Origin: Christensenellaceae bacterium
GTDB taxonomy: Bacteria > Bacillota > Clostridia > Christensenellales > UBA1242
Direction: 5' to 3'
DNA length: 64,000 nt
Assembly (NCBI GenBank): GCA_031262595.1
Contig: JAISHI010000014.1
Coordinates: 11,276 to 75,275, forward strand
Part shown: in pieces, positions 36,101 to 42,264 of the stretch
Numbering within the stretch: the stretch's first letter is position 1
Layout: every line of letters begins with the position of its first letter
Program-made: the position numbers and the translations under genes
Notes under the pieces: generated by a model
Databases searched by the model: none
Told to the model about the DNA's origin: nothing
The model's input: only the letters and a program-made list of their open reading frames with translations

Positions 36101-36177
36101 AAGATGGCGATAAGCCCAATAATGGATGCCAACCCGACGGCGGCAACTATTAAAATAAGCAACCTTCTTTTGTTCAT
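27154..36177 (-). CDS. giant (3007 aa) membrane-anchored extracellular protein with Ig-like (Big_2-like) N-terminal domains and C-terminal GLUG-motif beta-helix repeats
   Basis: N-terminal signal anchor MNKRRLLILIVAAVGLASIIGLIAIF and a Big_2-like segment (...VATVNMIDNQNMRITAGIKGGKTDITVVS...). The last ~900 aa carry many GG[LIV][VI]G repeats (GGLVGQNG, GGLVGEV, GGIVGINFG, GGIVGYNYG, GGVVSFNNG, GGIIGYS). There is no LPXTG. GGGGGA SD. Confidence 0.85.
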   Translation of the reverse strand: MNKRRLLILIVAAVGLASIIGLIAIFSSNTPNPYSKASMSVSRTQVEIDLKLKNENGILVHDGIDYQDVRITIDKMPKNVDTGWTASVSDKNVATVNMIDNQNMRITAGIKGGKTDITVVSNAGGLAQTIEVSVNIIAKDFEQKDERYFAVQKLGSGEEVSNGHGELLLDSAYFNFYSVDNFKTESYTPTDKKLDFEILTGDSGCQIEGNKFIVGASAPSVVNLRARLSSDPTKFVNFKVYVIEPYGNPSIPNQITLVKNAETDGGDLRDHENIDLTGFVGNRLAYSVSASDSRDTLGNINVNSSKVRVEDLKEKKVSIISNDIGACFVEFRFTPKIETENGTITLNSADGFYSYLTKTHVMEVVVLNMFKDGVLRANELDEAANMAVIKEQNNIGYYSDDDDDAQGLNVFYVPQDSSDPLPRTIFSLETKDGYILQNTQARPHNANILFELYDGSTLMDISRSLKIEILENGVWTMINPSKNTKLGGGFFYNNTFAISLNSQDSGDILNKYLTLVIKNVPSGSSNTSVCKFKIPLEAYRFVSDDALTITPTGNVIDLLNDPTRAVSMGISVDSDDIDFINSTDEEKRDRKLYEKGVKIVWDANSEDKFTADYISGDTTQTLAYDIKVNQKLTQGVDYGFTLVYFNRISRHMRVRVWEELDSITPQVVARAGGEVLKTETDIIGGKPELTVFVKKGGNYEIVVQKTPSNGAGIWVENIIITKSGVETRVEGAIITATATGTITYSVSAVNDAVFGNLSHEGLKINLVVLDILTNVSPSLNNIELYTLASLGTMGKSNASKELTLGLKFASGGIAEDSYLSITPIYPSQNFELEQKIGANNYAPAASGTALTNITSYKLTGLLRSETKQKLQFNITQTFENIYGDEDFVYNFTNFYDVYVDVDVKDAVQIEGLGIKKITSAYDGGRLLGPEVSMANDCIEISVDYGYETTPFTLELDYNIYPSAALNKSITAVVSEAPHEGSTYNSSKSKTLYVMEGSKNVLYWSGNGGYGSVGQANGANIILTIYAEDNVFEDDEFGELHFVEMQIPIYIYTQWSPKGSAPGLMGEEDPGSDAPVRSALTLKDSFPTLNKTYNNANGFNHIMKLGASDIAVFYSGGEQQGSAVRANRYYFDDIFKEDIDANLSAYHSYEIQPNWILADLSSRALARIKSDSSRGEVSWYFEVNGTGNFEIEFRNSSAGGTIIKTLKVAVIPSIEYIDIFAAGIGRVGYKSLMANDPYNFGGKTPFSVRRGQEFSVNATLSSEGWSIRATIDDIGGTLYNSGDEYDNRALNAIASSLPVGDYKFTYIPYYDANGNGVWDEFIDHYLIGLKTEVIARIQSGATELTLDQSESVFDSSAAAIITGSVISDITTRTYENLKLTDILKFDLNSSQLNTIKNLFVNSNTTNWDSAENFIRSARPNDVYHDDNVSYVKITNGYALAFALTLEKSEDVPGGDFIYEKHWFKISINVLINPDFYNSLSYREIINNGGLATAVSQFAGNITATEIRPNALNNAPSTNNPLRAQTPFSLFTSRVDTVDAGVFADVETFEDNSLRLQSGAETQNPSILYNGEGLKGLMRITAVPYASPIDGVSVSADVYEQFVGYEKDSRGNDIKNKPIYEYWTIYFTQMIYDEVAKQYIPLSLGESNNSGLGGVASETRGPTFTAKQVSTVNGQTFGWNGCFYFAMELLPSPFHHTQNFVPTMRPQQNSTFNLSIKLNCFDGEEKYTLDATHKIYLAEKPGLSVNYCGKWMSDGQIGYQALGTETELYVSLTNAQMAGNPTVSVDGVSETIEDLILLEAQSTADRQGYILKINSIDESLLNKEIRITFAYTLNDDFAQATQHKYLVIKPVLFTVSGYSLTDISSNTIYLMNNNKQQVWLEPNFISAKNGIIGASNTADYKAFEKTLNAVMQKFTNSLNSGELVRWFGAYTGEQFLLNNGSFDYSDTDSRLYGVSSEYNLSYRMGVSNGRKYIISVMASSSGNTLRAELGLSYENSNVPYIVAEGGARSSINFNIITRTTSDEDNPIILTSDNFAGYLSDMNIADNKHYILMSNITLTNYVPFAFNDASIDGNNYKIYIQSFNIAQMNARGEYNIGLFSSVGENSVVKNVQVVIPNQQDATKQGLLVVDLYNFGNKSATVNFGAIAGVNNGIITNCAVLSERQFPNGQITANYDQSAYIFNGAASSAGAKIDLRVSNAGISLNAGGLVGQNGTTGAISNSRVLIDISVSNYATGATTKTLNEVILAGFVAINNGYITTSFFRDGNINNDAETSFNFTGGQSSIVHYTAGFVGRNNAGAVISASYIQGESSQRNSETLKLLYGSIRTRTGYTSGFAYENRGTINDCLAEIKIVVEGANRASGFLYKGSAVNNCIANVAFEATVAEGYGDFYGLDNNMPSEAGTNNSITPTTISTIGAARLLEDDTIDITKFESYSISNDDDYGVWRMTEFGPRLISANYITVSMREESGTFTQQGLPILNYVVGYSLGSKINPILITSGEQFNRLIYIGSGAQEDDKNRRDGGAASVPSYDNAVFTGHMRLVRNIKLNELTPAASATGGFVGLNTLQTYKTTLKDSTLDGNGFTISEFSLSPSVPQGGIFNYNNYYSVDGGSLENAESDAELGLYSFGLFSKLDNAVVKNLTIKTITTGSAMYIQSTYAGVLAGMSIGSSIVDVNIEAGNLRGAHIVGGLVGEVTLTGDERIENISVKMQSTVDRAVGFKFTDAASYLNLDLINEYADENTDERNALTVKNTWNISGGVFGTVFVSREVLNNSEIDELNNIKNITLKAGNNISAEVAGGFAGVLGEKIVISKINSGALTFTAGAITPFFTGGIVGINFGEVNSSTQDGDVIITLNNGNLIKTIEGDPHGIILGGIVGYNYGVVDGNIVINGAIGTTDALIVGGVVSFNNGGDVSNNAFGQSGNNDSKPTVSSGLYRGGIIGYSIGKTFVGAVKDWNGVSTAFGDNTYSGNFSSSEGLNEAFTYSESPFLVDTTPVKSEYQQKFIGYYSAA

Positions 36178-36280
36178 AGTTCCCCCAACTATAGTATAAG
36201 GAAATATACAGTTTTTATCTAAAAGAAGTCAAACAAACAAAGCGCGAATACTTATAGAATTATTTATTGTTTATATAAAA

Positions 36281-37057
36281 TTAGTCGTAAAATTTGTTCG
36301 TTAAAATCTCCGCGCCGTTTTTCGTTATTAAAACCGTATTTTCGTAGTGCGCCGTTAGTTTTCCGTCGACCGAAACAACAGTCCAACCGTCCTTAGCCGT
36401 TTTTACGTCTTTTTTACCCGCTAAAATCATAGGCTCGATACAAATCGCCGTATTCTCAACCATTTTCTTGCGCGCGTCGGTTAAAAGTCTTGGGTGGTTT
36501 GGCTTATAGTTTGGGATAAGCGGGTCGAGATGAACTTCTTTCCCGATTCCGTGCCCGAAATAATTTTCGAGGATTGAATAAGGCGTATTCTTCTTAATAT
36601 AGCCCTCCACTGCCTCAGATATAGCGCCGAAAAGTGCGCCGGCCTTAACAACTTTAACCGCTTCAAAAAATGAGTTCCGCGTTTCGTCGATGAGCCTTTG
36701 TGCCTCGTCGCTTATTTTCCCAACGCCAAACGTTCGGCAAGCATCGGTATTCATTCCGTTATAACCCGCGCCGACGTCAACCGAAACAATATCACCCTCG
36801 TTTAGAACTTTGTCGGTTCTTGGCATTCCATGAACAATTTGCTCATTAACGGAAATGCAAGTCGCGTATTTATAACCGTGAAGCCCCTTAAAACAAGGAT
36901 TACAATCGTTATCTTTTATAAACTTATCCGCGAGTTCTTCGATTTGCATTGTCGTCATGCCCGCTTTAATTTCTTTCGCGAGAAATTTAAAGGTTTTCGA
37001 GAGAACTTCTCCCGCGAACCTTATATTCGAAATCTCTGTCGAATTTAATGCTCTCAC
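36281..37057 (-). CDS. map: methionine aminopeptidase type I
   Basis: 258 aa with the MetAP pita-bread fold metal-ligand pattern (VSVDVGAGYNGMNTDA, HGIGKEVH, CIEP). Confidence 0.92.
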   Translation of the reverse strand: MRALNSTEISNIRFAGEVLSKTFKFLAKEIKAGMTTMQIEELADKFIKDNDCNPCFKGLHGYKYATCISVNEQIVHGMPRTDKVLNEGDIVSVDVGAGYNGMNTDACRTFGVGKISDEAQRLIDETRNSFFEAVKVVKAGALFGAISEAVEGYIKKNTPYSILENYFGHGIGKEVHLDPLIPNYKPNHPRLLTDARKKMVENTAICIEPMILAGKKDVKTAKDGWTVVSVDGKLTAHYENTVLITKNGAEILTNKFYD

Positions 37058-37695
37058 TTCTTCCCTTCTTTTTCGATAATTTCTTTAACGAACGCATACG
37101 TATCCGCCGGCAAATATTCTTCCTTAACTTTAACGGTATGAAGTAAATTCTTATTCTTATAAAACTCTAATATCGCGCCATTATCTCTATTATAATTTGA
37201 GATCCTTTGTTTTATAACATCGGTTTTGTCGTCCTCGCGCTGATAAAGTTCGCCGCCGCAAGCCTTACAACAGCCCGAAACGTCGTCCCAATTCGAGTTG
37301 TAAATCGCCCCGCAATGGCGGCACATAAAACGCCCTGCGAGCCGTTTCATAACGATATCGTCGGCAACATCGAGTTGGATAACCATACTAACGTCGACAT
37401 ATTTTTCGAGCAATTCCGCTTGTTTAAGTGTTCGAGGGAAACCGTCGAGAATAAAACCGCCCGCGCAAGGCAAATCTTTCATCGCAGCAACTAACATATC
37501 AACCGTTAATTCGTCCGGAACCCAAACGCCTTTAGCAACATAACTCTCCGCTTTAATTCCAAGCGGCGTTTTATTTTTAATATTCTCGCGGAAAAGCGCG
37601 CCCGTTGAAATATGGCAAAGATTATAGTCTTTAACAAGTTTTTCCGCAACGCTGCCCTTACCGCCGCCTGATGGCGCATTTAAAATTATGTTCAT
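37054..37695 (-). CDS. adk: adenylate kinase (zinc-lid type)
   Basis: 213 aa. P-loop APSGGGKGS and lid CRHCGAIYN...CKACGGELYQREDD. Overlaps map by 4 nt. Confidence 0.9.
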   Translation of the reverse strand: MNIILNAPSGGGKGSVAEKLVKDYNLCHISTGALFRENIKNKTPLGIKAESYVAKGVWVPDELTVDMLVAAMKDLPCAGGFILDGFPRTLKQAELLEKYVDVSMVIQLDVADDIVMKRLAGRFMCRHCGAIYNSNWDDVSGCCKACGGELYQREDDKTDVIKQRISNYNRDNGAILEFYKNKNLLHTVKVKEEYLPADTYAFVKEIIEKEGKK

Positions 37696-37820
37696 CTTTA
37701 AATTCTTTTAACTCCCTAATAACCTATTATATGCAAAACCGAAAAGTCAAGGCTTTTATAGGCAAAATCAACGCAAGTTTTGTATTGACGAAAATACGTC
37801 TCGCAAGGTATCCTTATTAT

Positions 37821-39026
37821 ATGAACATCAACACGCTTTCCCCTTCCGCGAAACTCATTCGCAATTTCGTTATGGGCGAAAACCAACCGCAAATTTTAGT
37901 TTTAGTTTGTGGAGAGAACCTCGAAGAAACTAAAAAGCATGCTCTCGAAGGCATCGTTTCGGCTGGCGGAAGTTATCGCGTTATGGCTATCCCAGAGTTT
38001 AGCGAACTCGACAAAATCTCGCCCCTAACTGCGAATTATGCGAAAACCTATATGGCGGATATTTCTAAATTTATCGATAACTTACTCGAACAAAAACTCT
38101 ATGACGGCGTTTTAATTATCTCGAATAACCTTATCGGGGCGGTAGCGGCTATAAATTCTTGCGTTAATAAAAATATCCCGACAACAGTTCTTTCAGGCGG
38201 TTATGAAAGCGATACGTTAGAGCGGTTCTTGTCGTCGGTTGGCGCGGAAACTTGCGGAAAAATTACGAGCGCCGCTTTAAAAGAATTAACGCTAACGACG
38301 CAAAAATCAAATTCGTTCACCGAAAAAGGAATCGCGAATTCGCTAATTTATTTTCTCGAAAATCTCGGGCTCGCAGTTAAGGATGCCTCTAAATCGCCCG
38401 CAAATAGCCCTAAACAGCGTTTGGTCGCTTTTGAGGCTGGAAAGCAAGTCGCAAAGACCGCCAAAAATCAAGACGCGATAGTTAAACTTATAACGAAAGA
38501 AAACGTCGTTTCGGCGGCTAGCAAAATGGCGAAAAATGGATTTAACCTCTTCGCGCTGACATACTTAAATTTTGTCGATTTTAAAAAAGTTATTGCGCCG
38601 TTAATTAAAGAAAAAAACAGCCAAATTAAAACCGTTAGCGGAGTTTGCGACGCATTTATCCAAACTTCGGGCGCGACTTCAACCGTTTTCTCGGGCTCGG
38701 TTTGGGCATATGAGGATTTAACTAGCGCGGACGTTGGGCTAGCTAGCGGCGCGGTTGACGGCGGCGTTTTAGTTATAAAAAACTCGGCGGGCGTTGACGT
38801 TAGCCAAATCCAAAACGTTATTAAAGGTTTCGGGATTGCGGAAAAGTTTTTCGTTTTAACTAGCGGCGTCGCAGAAGTTAACGAGGTTGCTACGCTTTGC
38901 ATGGCTAGCGAGGATATCGACCTATTCGAAACCGGCGACGTTATCGAGATTGACCTAAATAAAGGCAAAATCTCGTCTAGCATTTCGGCGCGCGACTTAA
39001 AATTAAGGGCAAAACGCAAGCGATAA
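37821..39026 (+). CDS. IlvD/Edd (dihydroxy-acid dehydratase)-like protein lacking the catalytic motifs
   Basis: By eye, colinear with IlvD at both ends (QILVLVCGENLEE...AGG...DGVLIISNNLIGAVAAINSCVNKNIPTTVLSGG; C-terminus ETGDVIEIDLNKGKISSSISARDLKLRAKR). CDK is replaced by SNN and there is no DG(I/V)AMG. About 400 aa against about 560 for IlvD. The start at 37821 is uncertain. Confidence 0.45.
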   Translation: MNINTLSPSAKLIRNFVMGENQPQILVLVCGENLEETKKHALEGIVSAGGSYRVMAIPEFSELDKISPLTANYAKTYMADISKFIDNLLEQKLYDGVLIISNNLIGAVAAINSCVNKNIPTTVLSGGYESDTLERFLSSVGAETCGKITSAALKELTLTTQKSNSFTEKGIANSLIYFLENLGLAVKDASKSPANSPKQRLVAFEAGKQVAKTAKNQDAIVKLITKENVVSAASKMAKNGFNLFALTYLNFVDFKKVIAPLIKEKNSQIKTVSGVCDAFIQTSGATSTVFSGSVWAYEDLTSADVGLASGAVDGGVLVIKNSAGVDVSQIQNVIKGFGIAEKFFVLTSGVAEVNEVATLCMASEDIDLFETGDVIEIDLNKGKISSSISARDLKLRAKRKR

Positions 39027-39027
39027 A

Positions 39028-39861
39028 ATGAAAACAATAAAAGAAATCGAACAAAGCATAACAAAAAAGTTCCATACAAAAATTTGGACGAAGTTTATTG
39101 AGGGCATAAACCGATTTAAACTGCTCGATGACGGCGATAAGATTGCGGTTTGCGTTAGCGGCGGAAAGGATAGCTTCCTCCTCGCGAAATGTTTTCAAGA
39201 ACTAAAACGCCAAAGCGACAAAAACGGCAAATCAAACTTCGAGGTTATTTTCCTTTCAATGAACCCCGGATATAACGCCGAAAATCTCGAATTATTAAAA
39301 CAAAACGCCGAAAATTTAGGCGTTCCGTTAACGATTTTCGACTCGCCGATTTATGATACGGTCGAGAAAATGGGCGGAAATCCTTGTTATATGTGTGCCC
39401 GAATGAGGCGCGGGAATCTTTACGCGAAGGCGAAAGAACTCGGTTGCAACAAAATCGCCCTCGCCCACCATATCGACGATGCAATCGAAACTACGATGAT
39501 GAATATCCTTTACGCGGGTAAGTTCGCGACGATGATGCCGAAAATTAAGTCGAAAAACTTCGAGGGCATGAGCCTTATCCGCCCCTTAATCCTAGTTAGC
39601 GAGAGCGAGATTATCGCTTGGCGGAACTATCACGAGTTAAAGTTTTTGAATTGCGCCTGCCGCTTTACGGAAAATTGCGTTATAAACGAAAACGAACCCG
39701 GCGAATCGACGCGCCGCAAAATCAAGTTCCTAATAAAGGACTTAAAAAAGCTAAACCCCGCCGCCCCGCTCAACATCTTCAACTCGGCGAACAACGTTGT
39801 CCTTAACCAAATCCTCGGCTACAAAAAAGACGGCGAGTATTTTTCGAATGTTGATTGTTAA
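39028..39861 (+). CDS. ttcA: PP-loop ATPase, TtcA-family tRNA 2-thiocytidine biosynthesis protein
   Basis: SGGKDS PP-loop with Cys pairs (PCYMCARMRRG; CACRFTENC). Only a 1-nt gap after the IlvD-like gene. Confidence 0.75.
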   Translation: MKTIKEIEQSITKKFHTKIWTKFIEGINRFKLLDDGDKIAVCVSGGKDSFLLAKCFQELKRQSDKNGKSNFEVIFLSMNPGYNAENLELLKQNAENLGVPLTIFDSPIYDTVEKMGGNPCYMCARMRRGNLYAKAKELGCNKIALAHHIDDAIETTMMNILYAGKFATMMPKIKSKNFEGMSLIRPLILVSESEIIAWRNYHELKFLNCACRFTENCVINENEPGESTRRKIKFLIKDLKKLNPAAPLNIFNSANNVVLNQILGYKKDGEYFSNVDC

Positions 39862-40181
39862 AGCTTGTCTTTCCTCTCCTGTTTCTTTTCTGCTCTCTTA
39901 ATATATTTTGATATTCCTGTCTTAGAATTTAACATATCATCACTGTACTGTTTTGAACTAAGCATGCCCCGCATGACGTCATCGTCAATATTAGTAATTC
40001 CTAAATTTCGTGAAGCAATTAGCATCACCTCATGATAAGGGAAGTTAGGGTCTTTTTGTTTTAAGGCCTTTACTTCAAGATTAAACTTTTGGTCAGGACT
40101 CATATCCTTTCTTTGTTCGTCGCTTAATGAACTCCAACATTGAGGGTTTTTAATAATTTGCTTAAATTTTTCATCATCCAT
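39858..40181 (-). CDS. hypothetical protein (107 aa), CpG-poor, immediately downstream of tRNA-Gly
   Basis: Strong GGAGGT SD 6 nt before the ATG at 40181 (MDDEKFKQIIKNPQ...). The longer ORF in the track runs through the tRNA, so I reject it. The stop overlaps the ttcA stop (TTAA). Confidence 0.5.
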   Translation of the reverse strand: MDDEKFKQIIKNPQCWSSLSDEQRKDMSPDQKFNLEVKALKQKDPNFPYHEVMLIASRNLGITNIDDDVMRGMLSSKQYSDDMLNSKTGISKYIKRAEKKQERKDKL

Positions 40182-40211
40182 GTTGACACCTCCGTTTCGT
40201 TCGAATAAATT

Positions 40212-40285
40212 TGGAGCGGGTGAACGGAATCGGACCGTCGCAACAGGCTTGGAAGGCCAGTGTTCTACCATTGAACTACACCCGC
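40212..40285 (-). tRNA. tRNA-Gly (anticodon UCC), encoded CCA, with a non-canonical T-loop
   Basis: My fold gives GCGGGTG-TA-GTTC-AATGGTA-GAAC-A-CTGGC-CTTCCAA-GCCTG-TTGC-GACGG-TCCGATT-CCGTT-CACCCGC-T-CCA. Anomalies are C at position 55 and a U28:U42 mismatch. Confidence 0.8.
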
Positions 40286-40338
40286 AGGCGTTTCAGGGCG
40301 ATCGAACTTTTGATGGTCCTCTACCCCAAAACAAGATT

Positions 40339-40367
40339 ATTTTAAGCGAAAAAGTTAATGAAGTCAA
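40339..40367 (-). promoter_or_regulatory. putative promoter for the tRNA-Gly transcript (TTGACT-17-TAAAAT)
   Basis: -35 at 40362-40367 and -10 at 40339-40344, about 50 nt upstream of the tRNA 5' end. Confidence 0.5.
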
Positions 40368-40370
40368 CAC

Positions 40371-40395
40371 AAAAATGAGCGGAAAAGTTCCGCCC
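40371..40395 (-). terminator. intrinsic terminator after the SipL-like gene
   Basis: On the minus strand: GCGGAA-ctt-TTCCGC followed by TCATTTTT. Confidence 0.6.
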
Positions 40396-40413
40396 ATAAT
40401 TATGAAAGATTAC

Positions 40414-41901
40414 TTAAACAATCTGCCGATAAAAGACTACGCTCTCGCCTTCGGGGGTTGCGGCTGCTAGTTCTGGATTTTGGGCTAATAAATCGGCGGT
40501 TTTTATTTGCATCGACTTCGCAACGTCCCAAAGCGTTTCGCCCGCGCGGATTATATGGATATTTATCGCGCTGTCGTCGACCGGCAACGGCGCTCCGACA
40601 ACAAGTTCGTTAACGATATCCGTTTCCGCCTCCTCTTCGCCGGTTATGTCGAGGAAAAGTTTTGCGTCGACGAAGATTTCTTTTCCGCGCCTGATTTTAA
40701 CGGAAAGGTCGGTCGGCACGCACGAAACGGAATATTTGCGCGACGGCTCGATGCCCGAAATTTTGAGCGATTTACTAAACGGAACCTCGATAAAATAACT
40801 ATTTTTTGCGTCCTCTTCGCCTTCGTAAACCATTTGAGCCGTTAAAATTCCTTCGAGCAGCGTTTTTTCGGCGTTCGCAATTAACTTTGCGCCCTTAATT
40901 TTCGCGCCGTAAACCGAGAGCGGCTTAACTGCGAACGGTTCGTCCGCGCCTAGCGACAAGTTCCCGTCGACGTCAACGCTCATGCGTGAGCCTACGCGGT
41001 TCGTGGATTTTGCGACGTTTTTATTAAACCTAAGTTCGTTGGTTTCGAAAATCGCGTCGCTCGCAAACGCAATTTGTTGCGCCTTTATTAGGGTTCCGGC
41101 GAATTGCATCTCGGCGGAAACTTCGAGTTCGAGGTTCTCTTCATTTTCGATTTTTAGGTTAACAGCGCCGACTTTAACTTCGCCGCTAAGTTGGTCTGCG
41201 CCCGTGATTGCCGCGTTTTTTATGTTTTGCGAAAAGTCGACGTCAACGGTTTTTTGAAGAACCTCGCTATCTTTAATAAGCGTCAACCCGAGGCTTAAAA
41301 CGCCCTTAATGTTTGCTTTTCCGTCGGCTACGGAAATATCCTCGAGATATGCGTTTGCGTCGGTTAAAAACACGCCCGAAACGTCGCCGTCTAACGCAAC
41401 CGCCTCAGTTAATTCAAACCGCGACGAAATTCCGCAGTTTGCCGAAGAGATAACGGCTTCTTGTTTCTGCGTTTCCGTTTCGGTTATGTCGTCAAGATAC
41501 CGCGCAGTTTCGCCGACGAGAACTTCCCCGCCAGCCTTAATCGTATAACGAACGTCAACACTATTCGCATCGCTTTGAACCTTTTCGTCAACGATTTCGA
41601 GGGTTGGATACGCCGCGAGAATGTTCTCAAAACTCGAATTTAGGCTTATAACGAAATCTTCGCTGTTTTCGTCGCTGTTGATTTTCCCATTTTCGTCAAC
41701 ATAAACCGCGAACGAAACAACGCGCCCGCGAACCTCAACCGCCTTATCGTTAACCGAATAATCGTCAACGAAAACCCTTCCGCAAGCGTTTAAAAACTTC
41801 GAAAGCGGCTTCGATAGCGCGATTTTAACGCTAACTCGCTCTTCGTTTTCGATAAGCCGAGCCTTAAAATTTTGCATAAGTTCTTTATATATTGCTTCCA
41901 T
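40414..41901 (-). CDS. DUF3794-type protein with a C-terminal LysM domain (SipL/SpoVID-like spore coat morphogenetic protein)
   Basis: 495 aa. The C-terminus IHIIRAGETLWDVAKSMQIKTADLLAQNPEL...VVFYRQ is a LysM. The architecture matches clostridial SipL as I remember it. Confidence 0.55.
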   Translation of the reverse strand: MEAIYKELMQNFKARLIENEERVSVKIALSKPLSKFLNACGRVFVDDYSVNDKAVEVRGRVVSFAVYVDENGKINSDENSEDFVISLNSSFENILAAYPTLEIVDEKVQSDANSVDVRYTIKAGGEVLVGETARYLDDITETETQKQEAVISSANCGISSRFELTEAVALDGDVSGVFLTDANAYLEDISVADGKANIKGVLSLGLTLIKDSEVLQKTVDVDFSQNIKNAAITGADQLSGEVKVGAVNLKIENEENLELEVSAEMQFAGTLIKAQQIAFASDAIFETNELRFNKNVAKSTNRVGSRMSVDVDGNLSLGADEPFAVKPLSVYGAKIKGAKLIANAEKTLLEGILTAQMVYEGEEDAKNSYFIEVPFSKSLKISGIEPSRKYSVSCVPTDLSVKIRRGKEIFVDAKLFLDITGEEEAETDIVNELVVGAPLPVDDSAINIHIIRAGETLWDVAKSMQIKTADLLAQNPELAAATPEGESVVFYRQIV

Positions 41902-41937
41902 AGTTAACCATATGATTTTTTTGTCAATAATATAACC

Positions 41938-42201
41938 ATGAGAGCAAAAGGCACGAACCTTGACGGCGTTAAAAACGAAATCGCGGGGCTTGTTGGGCAG
42001 CGCGCGAAGATTGTTGTTTGCCGCGGGCGCAATAAAGTTAAAATTTTCGAGGGCATAATAGAAAACGCCTTTCCCAGCGTTTTTAAAGTTAACCTCCTCG
42101 TCGGCGATTTCGTCGTTCCGACAGTTTCCTATTCCTATAACGACGTTCTTTGCGGCGAGGTTAAGGTGTCTTTGGCGATAAACGAGGCGCGGGCGATATA
42201 A
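41938..42201 (+). CDS. veg: Veg protein
   Basis: 87 aa. FPSVFKV and VSYSYNDVL match the Veg motifs YPSVFVI and SYSYADIL. Confidence 0.8.
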   Translation: MRAKGTNLDGVKNEIAGLVGQRAKIVVCRGRNKVKIFEGIIENAFPSVFKVNLLVGDFVVPTVSYSYNDVLCGEVKVSLAINEARAI

Positions 42202-42264
42202 GGCGCAACTTCCTATAAATAAAAAGTTTTGATTATTTTGATTTTTATTATATAGTAAGGCGAT

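Noticed and set aside
24917-36177. RecD2 plus the giant protein as a helicase-containing defence system.
   Set aside because: The RecD2 is a standard YrrC-type housekeeping helicase. The giant protein is an extracellular adhesin-like protein. No nuclease, methyltransferase or other defence-associated domain is present.
39858-40271. The longer 137-aa version of the ORF given in the track.
   Set aside because: Its first 30 codons are the reverse-strand reading of the tRNA-Gly gene. A strong SD precedes the internal ATG at 40181, so the shorter CDS is used.
40190-40420. Integrated prophage or genomic island at the tRNA-Gly gene.
   Set aside because: I saw no integrase, no recombinase and no direct repeat of the tRNA 3' end anywhere in the window. 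Only a 324-bp foreign-looking ORF is present, so at most this is a remnant, and it is reported as a low-confidence hypothesis.
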